Shown here one piece after another: positions 16,093-30,314 of a DNA stretch of 64,000 nucleotides. Each line of letters opens with the position of its first letter. Position 1 is the stretch's first letter. The stretch lies in the NCBI RefSeq assembly GCF_009914755.1, contig NC_060925.1; one strand, 5' to 3'. Below the pieces are notes generated by a model. It ran no database searches. It was not told the DNA's origin and was given only the letters and a program-made list of their open reading frames with translations. The DNA comes from the human T2T-CHM13v2.0 reference genome, Homo sapiens. The translations under genes were made by a program, and so were the position numbers.

Positions 16093-17197
16093 AAGGGGAT
16101 CTACTGGAGGTGTTTGGAGGCTGGTAGGATTGTATAAAAGACCATTGGTCTGCTCAGTTAGGCAGATTTTAGTTAGAAGTGAGACATTTCAGTAATATTT
16201 TAGTTTTTAGTGGCAGTGGGAAGCAATATGTTGATTTTGGAATCTGGGTCTGAGACACAGGGATTTAAGATTCTGGGCTGCAGAAGTCAGCTTAGGGAAG
16301 ATAGGTGTGGGGGAGGAGAAACCCAACAGGCCTTAATCCCTTACGATTCCTACATTACAGTGTTTCAGCAAATATTTTGCAAAAGGGTTTTCTGGATGAA
16401 CTTCAAACTGCAAGAGGTTCCATTTGGTGGCTTGAAGAGCTGTGCAAATGATTTTTTTTTTAAGGAAATGAACATTGTTTCAGCTGACATTTAAACCTCT
16501 ATTCTCTTTTACTAGCCTGCCACATTGCTTCATATGTTTTGGTCAGACACACTTTCCAGAAGAAGAAAGAGATATTTATAGGATTGTTGAACTGTGGTAT
16601 GGAATCCTGGTATCTGTCATTTTTCGCTTATATAAAAATTCTATTAATAGAACCCAGAGTCCTGACCAGCTTCTGTCTCTCTTATGGATTTGGTATCTCC
16701 CATGGAAGTAGCAATTTAAAATATCAACAGAGTCTAAATGAGAATGACCCTATCTAGTGATCTTTTCAACTATATCTCCTCTTATTGGCTGGAGTCTGAG
16801 ACACTGTAAACCCAAGGATTGCGTGAAACAGTTTGGGTTCTTTATTTCATTCCATTGCTCACAGAAGTACATTTGAATTTTTCAGGCCATATGACTATAT
16901 TTTTGGATCTATAAACACAGTCTGCATAACAAATAGTTCTTTAATGAACTTACTTGATGTAATCATTGGTGTTGAGTTGGATTATGAATATACAAACCCA
17001 AGGTTTTCCATCCCTGCACTAGTCTTGAACTTTGCCTTGCTGAGGTGTGAATGTGTGTGGCATGAATGCATGTGTAACAATATGTGGAATAAGATTCTGC
17101 CTCTCAACCATTGTCTCAACTGCTTGCCTGCCACCCCTACCTCTCAACCATCTATATAAGCAGAAGACTGAGGAATCTCTTTTGGGCACATAGTAGA

Positions 17198-17249
17198 GTT
17201 GGTAGGATGTCTCAACCCTTCTGTTGGTAGGATGTCTCAACCCTTCTGT
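17198..17249 (+). repeat. Perfect 25-bp tandem duplication (gttggtaggatgtctcaacccttct)x2
   Basis: Direct reading. Confidence 0.95.
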
Positions 17250-17800
<551 letters not shown>

Positions 17801-19129
17801 TTAGACGGAATACAATGATTTTTTTATCCTTCCCACCAACTTAGGTCCTTGTCATCCTCGAAGCCAAACGTAAGGGCAGCAAAAATGGACAATGGCCTCT
17901 CTTCCCCTATTGAGTATTTGATTGGGTGATGGATGTGATGACTATTTGAGCAAATGAAAAATGAATGGAAGGAAGACAGCAAGGCAGAGAGGGGGTAGTA
18001 GATCAGTTGACTAAACATTCACTGTTTTTCGTATCAAAAATGTGAGTGATTCTGGTAGACAAAAGGAAAACCTTGTGAATCATCCAGGTTAATTCTCCCC
18101 CCAAGTGCAGTTCATCAAGACCACTGCATAAGCAAATGTCCACCTGGGAGGCCAGTCTGCCCTTTATACAGGTACTCCCAATTCCTGTAAAGGATTTACT
18201 GGGACCCTGTCTTCCATACACACACAGCACCTTATTTGGCAACAGCTGAATTTGAGATACTTGTCCCTTTGTTAATCTCTGTCCCTCTTCCCAACGTGCT
18301 GAAGGATAAATAAAAAATACAGAAGAGAAGAGGAAAGGAGAGAGACACTGCTTTTTCTTCACTGCAGATCAGTAGCCACAGTGAATCCCAGAAGTGGGCT
18401 AGAACATTAGATAAGGCTGTTACTGGACTTAATAACTGCAGGTGACCAGAAAGCTCTGATAAAACGTTCATGATACTATTATAAGACAGTAAAGCTAGAT
18501 CTGACAAAATATGGTTGAAGGCAGTGATCAGAGAAAGAAAAACTGTTTTATGCTTGCACTGCACTGAGTTGGAAATGTTCACAAAAATAGTTACATATCT
18601 AACTAAAAATAATGATTAATTTTTTCTAAAGCACTCAGGAACTCATACATCCAAATGAGTGTTGTCATTCAAAGAAATCTCCAAGGCTACACTTTTCATA
18701 CAGTAATGCTTTCATTGCTCAAAACATTTTTGGAATTGCCTTTAGAGTCAGTTTATGAGCCAAAAAATAAAATATCTCTTTATAGTCCCAGCTCAGCCTT
18801 CCTTGGATTACTGCTATATTTGCCCTCCTTCCCTCTCTCCTGGCTTTATTAGCCTAATTCCACATTCCTCCCTCTCATTCTATCAAATAGGGCAAGTGAA
18901 CTTCATGCTTGCTGTGTGCATCGAGGGACATAAGGGGTTGGAAAGACAAAAAGAGGAAGCAAGGGAGTTTTATGAGAAGCAGCCCATTTGGATGTTGCCC
19001 ACTGAAAAGCTGTAAATTGCTGTCAAGGGTATTGCTGATTGACCATCACAAATGTGATCCCCCAGAGTTGAATCCCATTGAATTTACAAAATCATTGGGG
19101 GCTATAAACAAAAGTCTTATTAAATGTTA

Positions 19130-20150
19130 AAAGATTCAAGTTATACAAAATATGTTCTCTGACCATAATGGAATTAAATTATAAGTCAATAACAGAAAGA
19201 TATATGGAAAATACCCCCAAACATTCAGATACTAAATAACACAGTTCTAAATATCTCATGGTCAAATGAGAAATCAAAAGGAAAATTAGGACACTATTTT
19301 GAACTGAATGAAAATGAAAATACACATATTGAATTTGTGGGATGCTGCTAATAAGAGAAAATTAAGCCCAAAGTAAGCAGAAGAAAGGAAATAATAAAGA
19401 TCAAAATGGAAATCAATGAAATAGAAAACAAGAAAACAGTAGGTAAAAGCAATGAAACCAAAAGCTGCTTCTTTGAAAAGATCAATAAAATTGATAAACC
19501 TCTAGCAACATTGATCAAGAAAAACAACAGCAAGAAAACACTAATTACCAGTAGTGGGTATAAGAGTTGACATCATTACAGATTGTACAGATATTAAAAG
19601 TATAATAAGGGGAATACTATGAACAGCTTTGTGCTTATAAATTAGAAAACTTAGAAAAAGCGAACAAATCTCTTGAAAGACACAAACTATAATTCTCACT
19701 CAATAATATGTAACCTGAATAGATTTATTTCTATTAAAGAAATTAAGCTTATACTTAAAAACCTTCCCACAAAACAAACTCCAGGTCGAGATAGTTCCAC
19801 TGGTAAATTCTAACAAACATTAGAGGAAATAATACCAATTCTATACAAATTCCTCCAAAAAATTACAGAGGAGAAAATACTTCTCAAGTCAGCCTGTAAG
19901 ACCAATATTTTCCTTATACCAAAACAAAGGCATTGTCAGAAAACAAAACTCCAAACCAATATCCCTCATTTACATAGATGCTACATTCCTGAACAATATC
20001 TTAAGATATCAAGAAACTATAGAAAACATAATACATCATGACCTAGTAGAATTTATCCTTGGAATGTGACATTGATTTAACATTAAAAAAATCAATCACT
20101 ACAACTCACCATTGAAGTTAACAAAAGAACAACCATGTGATCATCATCAT
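19130..20150 (+). mobile_element. Old L1M ORF2 internal fragment
   Basis: ttctctgaccataatggaattaaa (FSDHNGIK), aaagatcaataaaattgataaacctctagc, ccaatatccctcat motifs. Confidence 0.85.
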
Positions 20151-20569
20151 TAGGGAAATAAAAGAGAAAGAAAAATCAAAGAGAAATAATCCTAGGATTT
20201 TGGCCTGAAAATGTGACAGGTGTCACAGAAAATTCCAGAAGAACAAAAGAGATGCCAGCCATTTGGGTTTGATATTCAGGAAATTCTTTGTTGACTTTTT
20301 CATAATAGTTTCAGTAGAAAGATGGGGATAACAGATTTTCCAAGGCTGATGAATAAAGAGGAGCAAGTATCACTCATGACCAAAAGATTGCTGTTATTTC
20401 TAATCAACCCTCAATCCCAACCACAACCCTCGATAGAGTAGAGGAATATTTCACCCCACTTCCCATCTGGATATAAACCACAACAGATGAATATTTTGCA
20501 TCTTTGGCCAATGTTAATTCAGACTTGGTCTTACATAAACCCCAACCTTACTTAGAAAGTATGTAATCT

Positions 20570-20920
20570 GAAATACGCTGAAGAATTTCTTAGCTCCTAA
20601 CTGTCATTTGGAACATAGAAATTAGGGGGACACAAAATGCAGTAAAACAATAGATGCTTTAGACCAAATTGGCAAATTTAGAAATAAATAAATCACCAGG
20701 AGTACATGGAGCCACCCAAGGGTCTGAAAGAACTCAAGGATGAAATTGTGAAGCTGTTGGCCAAATTGTAACCTTGAAGTTACAAATAGCCACATACCAC
20801 CATAGTAGCCAATTGCCAGAGCAACTTCTCTCTATGAAAAGGGCTGCAGATACCTGAGAACCACAGAAAATAGGTCTAACTTCCAACCCCAGTATGTTGT
20901 TAAAAACTACAATGAAGTGG
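20570..20920 (+). mobile_element. CR1/L3-clade LINE ORF2 (RT N-terminal) relic
   Basis: Frameshifted translation NKSPGVHG/HPRV/LKELKDEIVKLLAK..ATSLYEKG..GLTS matches the CR1 motif KSPGPDGIHPRVLKEL..ANVTPIFKKG..SLTS. Confidence 0.75.
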
Positions 20921-21559
20921 AAGCCAACTACAATCTCTTGTTTAGAGTGTGTTCCCCACCCTCAGAGGTAGCAGAGCAGTTCTGTGCAAACTGCTGCAGA
21001 TGGAAGCTAGAAGAACCACTCTGATGCTTATTTCGCCCCTATTGAGATTGTAAGCACCACAACCTGACTCATTCACACCTGCAAAATGGGAATAATGTAT
21101 ACTTTACTCGCTTCAAAAAAAGTGTTGGGAGGTTGACAGGAGGTGATAGAGATTCTTCCACTTTATGTTAAAGAAATTAAGCCTAAACAAACCTATGGCA
21201 TTCATGTATTAAGGAGAATACCAATAATAATAACAATAATTCTCTTCTACTAAATGCCTACAGGAAAGAGGATAAATCTCCAGTGATTTTTCTTCCATTA
21301 AAACCTTGCCAGCTGCTTCCTATCCTGAGGATAACACTCAGGTTTTCTAGGGCTATTGAGTAAAGATAAGTAAATGTTACTCATGAGTAATAGGTCGCTT
21401 GTTTTGATTCCTTCGTTTCTCCACTAAACTCACAAATGTGCATACTTACACATTAATAAATTTGTTAACTCTTATCAGTTCTCTACCACAGTGCCCCTAG
21501 AATCCATTCTTCATTTCATTCCCCCATAACACTGACCTAATTCAGCTTCTGTTATCTCT

Positions 21560-22160
21560 ATCATTCTCTGAATACTTACTGAGAGTTTTCTATGTGCCTG
21601 GTATCATGCAAGATACTGAGAACATGATGGTGAATAAGACATGAGTCTTGCTCAAAAGTTTCTCAGACTCAAGTGCTATTGGTGGAGATTTTCTGTGTAA
21701 AGGAGATCACATTATGTGGCACGTTTAATACAGAGAGTTAAGTTTGACAAAGATAATAAGAGGGTATTGATAGAAGAGGTTGTTGATAAGGATGGAGGTT
21801 TTATGAGAGATGAGGCATGTAGTCAAACATAAGGTGGTCAAGAGAAGCCTGCTGGTGAAGAAGATTCTTTAAGCTAAATCTTCAAAGTGAAGGCTGTAGG
21901 ACCATTGCTGTGTAGAGGGAGCGGGGAAGGTGTATAGGAAACAAAGAATTCTAGTCAGAAGCTGCAAAGAATGTTTGGGAAATTATAAGCATCTCAGGAT
22001 AATTCGAACATGATTTGTTAAGGAAGGGGCAGAAGTCTGGAGAGGGAGGCTGGAGCCAGATGTTTGATGGTCCTGTAAACTGTGTTAAAGCAATTTCACT
22101 TTAGGATGAAGATGATGTGGTGCCGTGTGAAGGGTTTTATGCATAAAGGTGACACGGGTT
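21560..22160 (-). mobile_element. L2 3' region
   Basis: tgaatacttactgag..ctatgtgcctgg..gatactgag..gtgaataagac, typical antisense L2 3' end followed by purine-rich body. Confidence 0.6.
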
Positions 22161-23456
22161 GTTTTTTAGCAAAACTTTACTGTCAGAACCCAGCCCCACA
22201 TCTCTGGTGTGTAGCCTCAAAAGCTCAGAGCATGTGACACCCATACAGCCTTGTCTCTGCACAGAGATCACACCTGCACATAGAAGAGCTCCTTCGTGCT
22301 ATCACTACCCAGAGACCCAGCCTCACTTTCATCCTGTGGGGCCAAGCAGCACCTCACCGCTCAGACTAGAAGACTGTTGGGACCTCTTACCTTGGCAAAC
22401 AGCCACATGACTCTCTCTTCTCCAACTGAGGTCCTACTAATGATCATCCTTTTCTTTTTCCTGATTCCTAAATAGCTTTGTGTTTCTTCCTCCCTGATAC
22501 AAGTGCTAGCATCACACTTCTCCGAAGCCCTTGCCCTATGCTCTCTAGAGTCTCAATTCCTTGATTAACAAATTCCCTTATACCCTGAATGTCTTCACTG
22601 AGGGTCTTCTTACTCCCTGATCTTAATGTGGTTGTCCCAAAAACCTAATTCTCTTGCAACCATCTCAAATGAGTGGTCCTGTTACTCACATCATTCGAAA
22701 CTGAAAGGCATGCAGAATTGAAAGTCAGGCCCCAAATCTTCTTACCTCCAGCGCCCAGACCATTATTTCACCCTCTTAAAAAACAACCCCAAGTCCCTTT
22801 CCCTGCAGCATGCACAGTCCTCCTCAGCTTTGTCACCTGCTGCCCTCATGGACATCATTTCTCATTTGCTGATATCTTTGGGATCCTCACCAAGTTCTGC
22901 CACAATCCTGAGGGTTCCAAACACTCTTTGACTTTCTCAACTGCAAAGAACTTCTCCACCCAGAGACCTTGTGTTCACCAGAAATTGTTTCACCCCCAAA
23001 GAGTGAACTATCTAATCACAAAAAATTCCATCATTCCAGTATCCTCACTCAATTACACCTATAAAACCAGTTCTCCTTGCTCACTGGGATTTACAGTCCA
23101 TTGACCTCTCTAACCTTTCCTCCCTCCATCCCCTAAGCCCATATGCATCTTATGCACTGTAATGTATTACTGAGTCATGTTTTTGTTGATATGCTTTATT
23201 GAGTCTTTATGGAACCAATTCACTTAGCACTTCCATTCTCAGAAATCTCTGTCCTGGGCTAAATGAGATACCCATGTATTGTCAAAAAAACTCCTGACCA
23301 GTTTCTTCATATTCCAAGACTCTTCCCACTCTAAAAATTATAGTATATCACTTCCTAATTCATCTTTTAAGCTGAGCTATGATCACCCTACTAACCTGAT
23401 CTCAAATCTTCAAGTGATGCCCACTGCTTATCAAAACAACTGCATCTATCTGAGAT

Positions 23457-24183
23457 CATGTGCTTGTATCTCCTTCTGATGATAGAGCCATTTCCTATGC
23501 ATAGCCGGATCCCACGTCTCTCTCTGCCCGTGACACTCTGAGCTGAAGATATGCCACTCAAAAGGGAAGACTCCCCTTCCCCCTTCACCCACATACCCTC
23601 TGGAATCATGATGCAAATTTGTATTACTTTATTCCAGAACAACCTACAACTCACCTCTCTGTTCTTACCTCACTCTCCTCCTGCCCATGTTTAGTATCCC
23701 CTAATCACCCTGACCTCACTTCCCAGCCAAGTTCCAATAACACATATATTACTCTTCCTTGATTTCCTTCACCTCCCACACCCATCCCAATCTCTACCCT
23801 CCAATGAAGGTTTCTGGGAACATGTAACTATTGGCCTGTCTTGTGAAATGCATCAGAGGTTTGGCCTTGAATTATAGTTGTAATACTCATTTCTCTAGCT
23901 TAGTGCCATGCCTCCCTAAGGTCTTTTCAGTGACTTCTGGGAAAACTCAGGACCTTCCACACCCATGTTGCAGCCAGTGCTTTCTCTCCTTGGCTGCTCC
24001 AATCCCACCCACAGTGCACCACCATGTGCTTGCATTTCCTCACAATGATAGAACCAATTCCTGTGCATAGCCCCACCCTGCCTCTCCTTCTGCCAGTACC
24101 ACTCAGCTGAAGCCACACTACTCAAGAGGGAAGATTTCCCTTCACCCACACACCCTCTGGGACCATGATCCAAATTTATATTC
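23457..24183 (+). repeat. Diverged ~165-bp direct repeat pair (23457-23625 and 24023-24183)
   Basis: catgtgcttg..tgataga..ttcct(a/g)tgcatagcc..gctgaag..actcaa(a/g)agggaaga..cccttcacccaca..ccctctgg..catgat(g/c)caaattt present in both. Confidence 0.85.
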
Positions 24184-24659
24184 CTAAAAGAGAGCTTCTG
24201 GGTATTCCTAAAATCTCACAGAGAGTTTGTGTGAAATCCACATTTTGAGTTTCTGCCTGAAGCCTCTCTTCCTAAGAATCAGAGGTAAAGCCATGGAGAC
24301 TGACTGGCAGAGAAAATCTCCGAGAAAAATAAAGTGTTTTTCTCTGAATTCCTTTCTACTCCCCCTTTCCTTATCTCTGTCATCCACATTCCCCCCCTGG
24401 AGTTCCATTGCAGGCCCAATCAACAAAGGGCTTTTGTTTCACGGTGAAGCTTTCTGTGCAGTTTGGTAGTGAACACAAGTCAGTAAATCAAAGCCTGGTC
24501 CCAACACTGGTGACCTTGAGAAGCCACTGCTCTTCTGAGTGGCATATCTCATAGGGCTCCTCTATACCAGGGCTGTTGTGAGAGCTGTCCAAGATGAAAC
24601 AGCTGGGATAGTGCTGTGAATTGCCAAGCATTACATATGTGCAAGCTCCTCAAGGGCAG

Positions 24660-24790
24660 AGATCTTGGCTGTGTCACCTAGAGAAAATTAATTAACCTTC
24701 CAAACCTCAGGTTCTCAATCTATAAGATGGGGCTGATATGGATCATCTCATAGGGCTTTCATAGAGAAGTAAATGATGTATGGATAATGC
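24660..24790 (+). mobile_element. MIR fragment (another at ~24490-24640)
   Basis: ggctgtgtcacct..aacctcaggttctcaatctataagatgggg MIR core. Confidence 0.65.
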
Positions 24791-25849
24791 CTAATAGTTA
24801 CATGTTACTGGAAAGTAGTCATACATTCCAGTGTCACCACAGTGGTGATGGTGGTGGTGATATTCCATGAAAGAAGATAATGATGATGTCTCCATTCTGA
24901 AAACTGAGGGTATCATCCTGCTTATATAAAAGTCCAGCTGTACTTTCATTGATGTGCTGATCTTACCCCAAAACACAAAGTACCAATTACACTAGAAATT
25001 CTCCAAATAGTTCCCTGGTTGCTCATAAAACATCTGAAGATTTTCTACTAAAGGAGTTTTTAAATTTTTCTATATTAGGATGTTATCCAATAACCATAAA
25101 ATATCATTATTTATAATGGCATATATAATTTGAATGTTTCAAAATCTATTTAAGATACTACAAAAATTCTATTGCTATAAAAATATATTTGCAATGTTGG
25201 CATATTATATAGACGTACTTTTATAACACCAGTTTAATTGTTCAGAGCCAAGTTTAACTCCTTTTTTGTCTGGTATATTTTTGCCCAAGACTTAATCTGG
25301 GGCTAAACAGTCCAATATAAGAAGATCAAAAAAGTCACCATGTGGTAATTTTATATTTTCAGCACATTGTGTCTGGCCATACATTTTTAATATCATAAAA
25401 TTGACTTGTTCTGTAATATTTTGATTGGAGATTTATGCACACTGTTGCCACATTGTTTAAACAGATGTGCAGTAAATTTGATGAAAAAAATAATTCCTTT
25501 CTCCTGAAACTAGGACACTTACTCATTTAAATAATATAGAACAACAACAGTCACTGTGGATGTTTTAGAAACACAGGATGTTCTACAAAGTAAAAGTCCT
25601 CAAAACGTGCAGTCACAGTTTTATTCCCAATTAATTGCAGACTTCAAAACTTCTAACTGGTGTACTACTATATTTCTCATGATGGCCGCTCCTATCCACA
25701 TTGTCCCCTGTGCAGTAGCAACACAAAACATCATGAACCAAGGAGAAGATTGGCCTTTTTGTCAGAAACTGCAGCCCCATGGATGGGGTTTAAGGTGACT
25801 CTGTGTCAAGGACCTAATTACAGCCACTCTTAGAGGTTTCACAGAAAAG

Positions 25850-26050
25850 TAGAGAAAGCCCTGGCTTTAGAATTCTACATCCTGCATTCCAGTCCCAGTT
25901 CTAGAACTTACCACCTGTGGAACTCCTTTCTGCTTCAGTTTCCTCACCTGTAAAGTCAGGATAATAAAACCTACTTTGCACGGAGGTTGTAAAAGTTGCA
26001 TAAAATCTTCCCTAATGTCTAGAACAGTGCATGGCACACAATAGATTGCA
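25850..26050 (+). mobile_element. MIR
   Basis: ctggctttagaat..cttcagtttcctcacctgtaaagtcaggataata..tagaacagtgcatggcaca. Confidence 0.75.
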
Positions 26051-26719
26051 AGTTGTATTTAGAATACGTATGTATTTTGTTATAACTCTTATCTTGCTGA
26101 TGGGGAGATATATCCTTGGTCTAAATGGGCTCCAGGAGATAAGGTGAAAAGATTTTTATAAATCCACAACAGTTACTAGGAAAAAAACAAAAAAAAAAAC
26201 CCAATACCCATTCCTTAATGGTAATAGATCTTATATGCAAAATAACAATCACATGAAAAGCCTCCTCAAATCTAACTTCTTTGAGAAATTTTCTTGAAAG
26301 TTATTGATATCAATGACTTTTACATATCATTTTGAACAACCTCCCTAATTCCAGAAACCATGTACTCTAAAGCATCTGAAATAATTTACACATTTTGTAT
26401 AACGTTTTTGTTCAATGTTCTATCATTATTAATCCACAAATAGTCTCAAATGTCATTTAAATAAGTGGTTTCCAACTTTTTCCCAACTGAAGCCTTTACT
26501 AAATTATTTTCGCCAATATCCAAAGAGACTGATTTGAGTTCTTCCTCCCCTGGGTAAGATGCTAATGAATACAAGCAAAAGCCAAATGTCAAAACACCAA
26601 AGGAAAACCAGGGTATTTAGATTATCTGCTAAGGATAAATAATTAAACAAAAACTATATTTTAATTTCATACATTACTTGGCCTTGGCAAACTTTACATT
26701 TGGAGTCACTCTCAATAAA

Positions 26720-28590
26720 ACCTCCCCTTACCTCATGTACCCCTCCAGCTATCACTCCATTTTCCTCCCCACTTACACCAGAACTTCTCTAAAGAGTTTT
26801 CTTTATCATTTTCACTTTCTCCATCCCTTTCTTTCTTGAACCCACGTCAATCAGTCTACGTGCCCAGTAAATATTTCACTGAAATTGCTTTTGTCTAAAT
26901 CACAGATGACTTTCACATCAACAAATTAAGTGATTAAATTATTGTCTTTCTTTTATATTTAGAATTTCTCAGGCAATATTTAGAGTATTAAAAAGTATAA
27001 ATGATTCAGTATTATCCTGGCACCTACCACCAAGCTTAAAAAGCAAAAATATTACCAACACAATTGAATGTTTCTGTGTATTGTTCTCAGATTGCCTCTC
27101 CTCCCCCATTCTTGAAGTAACTAGAATCCTGAATTTCATACTTTCATTCCCATGTATTCCCTTATATTTTTACTATGTAGATTCCTCTAAACAATATAGG
27201 TTTGTTTCATATGCTTTAAGACTTTATAAATGGTATTCAACTGCATATATTCTTCAACTTTTCACTTACTATAATGCATATGGGATACACCCATGTTACT
27301 CCAGCTCATTCATTTTCTCAGCTGAATAGAATTCCATTGTACAAACACAGTATAATTTACCCATTCTCTTGTTGATAGACATTTTGGGATGCTTCCAATA
27401 TTTTTCTAAAAATAAACAATGCTTCTGTGAGGATTCTTACATTCATCCCAATAGTAAATTCTTAGTGCTCACCTTCCTTGGCCTCCTGGGGACATCTGAT
27501 ACAGGTGACCACTCCATCTTTAAAATGGAGTTTTAACTTGACTCCAGAAACACAGCATTCTTATTTTCTTCCAACGTCACTGCCACTTCTCAGTGTCCTC
27601 TGACAGCTCTCCTCTTCCAAATCTCTAAACGTTGGTGTGCCCCAGGATGGAGGTTTTGAAAAGTCTCTCCTTTCCTCTCTCTCTCCCACTCCCTAAATAA
27701 CCCCATCCACTTCTATGGCTTTAAATACCACTGTTTGCTGATGATTCCAAAATATGTGTATCATTAGCTCTGCCCTCCCCCTCAGTCTTCAGGCTTCTCT
27801 ATCAAACTTCCTATTCAATATCTCCACTGGGATGTCTAAATTTAACACATCCAGCATTGAATGATTTCCACAGCTGCCCAAAGCTTTTTCCTCTCCAAGT
27901 CCCCCTCATTTCATTGAGTTGAATCATTCAATTTGTTGCTCCGGATAAAAGAAAAAGCCTTCTCTATTTATCCTGTATCTTTATACTACTTCAAACACTT
28001 CAAATCCATTCAAAAATCCTGTGACATCTACCTTCAAATATATTTCAAAATAAACCACTTCTCATCACCTCGACCTCCACCAAGCCACTACAGTCACTCA
28101 CCCAAATTATGTAGTAGCTTCCTAACTGGGCTTCCTACTTTCACTCTTCTCCCCCTACAAGCTACATTCCACAAAGCAGCCCAAGAAATCTGTTAGAAAA
28201 GTAAAGCATATAAATCATGCCATGTTTTTCCTCTGCTCAGAACTCTCCAGAAGCTTCCCAAGTCACTCACAGTATGATCCATGCCCTTCCCCTACCCTGT
28301 GAAGCTCTAGCTCTAGATGATCTAGCTTCCTAATTCTTCACCTCCCTCACCTCCAGCCACCCTCCCTTTCCTCACTAGACTCCTATCACCCTGGCCTCTT
28401 TGCTGTTCCTCTTACACACTTAATATTCAATGCCTCAGGGCCTTTGCATCTGTTCTTCCTTCTGCCTGGGTTGCTCCTTCTCCCCCTAGACTTGTACAGC
28501 TTGATTTCTCATGTCATTCAGATCTTGGCTCAAGTGGCCTTTTTCCCTATCTTCTCTAATATTTCTCTCCCATTACTCCCTATGCCCTAG
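26720..28590 (+). mobile_element. L2 ORF2/3' region interrupted by an antisense L1ME 3' end (~26960-27450)
   Basis: Pyrimidine-rich L2 hallmarks (cactgaaattgcttttgtc, atctccactgggatgtctaa, tgcctcagggcctttgca); insert has L1ME antisense 3'UTR (attccattgt..ccattctcttgttgatagacatttt). Confidence 0.75.
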
Positions 28591-29715
28591 CCAGATCACT
28601 CCACTTGCATAATGGTATAATGCCTTTGGAATTCTGGGTGCTTTGACTTATACTCCAAGTGTTCGGGAATCCAGGTCAAAGCAGAATTTTTCAGCATTTT
28701 TGTTTGACATCTGCACTACTATGAAACTTATGGGAAAAAAGAAATGAGGGATAGGAGATTGAAGAAACGTGATCTTTGGTTCAGGTGCTAAGGTATACAT
28801 TTTTATTCTGGTTTTGGTCCACCCAAACCACTGACCTACAATCCAAGATTCCCTGAATGTTGGTGTAGACAAAAATTCCCATGTCTATCATCTGAAACCT
28901 ACCTCAGACTTTCATGGAATCATCGTGGAGATCTGGTGACACAAACTTCTCTTGTGGGAGCTGCAGGAATAAATTGATTCACTTAAGTACTGAACAACCA
29001 CGATGCATAAGACTCTGGTCTCAGCCCTGTGCAGCAACACAGAAATGCAAGGCATTGTCTCTCCCCACCCCCATGTTCCAGAGGCTCATCATGAGGTAAA
29101 TGACACACTGTGAATTTGAGAAGTGATAGACCAAGCGCAAATAACAAGTGATGTGCTGCAGAGTTCAGAACAAGGTCAGCAAATACTAACAGCTAGCATT
29201 TTTTTGAGCAATTAGAGTGTTCAAATCTCAGAACTAAATGATTTACATACATTATTTTAGTTAATCTTAAAGATAATACTTGGAAGCAGACATTACTCTT
29301 ATCTTCATTTTGCAGATGGAAAAATTGAGGCCCAAGGTCACACAGCATGCAGTAAATAAAGAGCCTGAGTTTGTTTCATGGCAAAGTCTGAATTCTTTCC
29401 CTCATGCTCTGCACTGAGAGGCTAAGTACAATGTCACCCACTAGGAGTTCTGACCTCTGAGCCTCAGGAAGTCACCATAGTAGCACCTGGAAGATGAACA
29501 AGCTGGAATGCATTCTATTCATAAACATTTAGTTAATGCCAACCTTATGCAAGGAACTGGGGAAACAAAGATAGACAAGTCACAGTTGCCATCCTTACAG
29601 AGATCACAACTGGGTCAGGGAACAAACACCACTAAAGGGTGGGCTGTGGAGCCAGATAGTCTTGACTCTTGCACTTACAGGGTGACTTGGGCAAGTTGCC
29701 TCACCATTTCGTACT

Positions 29716-30265
29716 TCAGTACTGGAGATGCCCTACGGATGCATCCAAGGACTTTGAATCCTTTTCTGAGAAAAAGGTTAGTATGGTTTTTTTTTTTTTA
29801 ATTGTAGGCAGGATAGCTATTTAATGTTCAGTAGAAATATGACTTCATTATTGACTTTATTCGGAGATTAAGCATGACTTAAGGAGATGTGTATGGGTTC
29901 CAGGCTGACAGAGGTGGAATGGTTAATTTTATATGTCAGTGTGGAAGATGTTTTGGGTTGAGATTAACATTTAAATCAGTGAACTTTGAGTAAGCAGATT
30001 GCCCTCCTTAATGTTGGTGGGCCTCATCCAATCAATTGAAGGCTGGAATAGAACAAAAGGACCGGCCTCATGGATCAAGAGGAAATGGTCCAGCAGACTG
30101 CTTTCAGACTTCCCCTGCACCATCAGCTCCCCTGGGTCTTCAGGCTGCCGGCCCATGCTGAGGATTTTGGACTCATCAGCCCCCATAACTGTATAAGCCA
30201 ATGTCTTATTTTATATACCTATAGATAGATATAGATATAGATGATATAGATAGAGATATAGAGAG

Positions 30266-30314
<49 letters not shown>

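Noticed and set aside
22673-23104. 143-aa ORF
   Set aside because: Non-ATG start, no recognisable domain, no splice context; compatible with chance.
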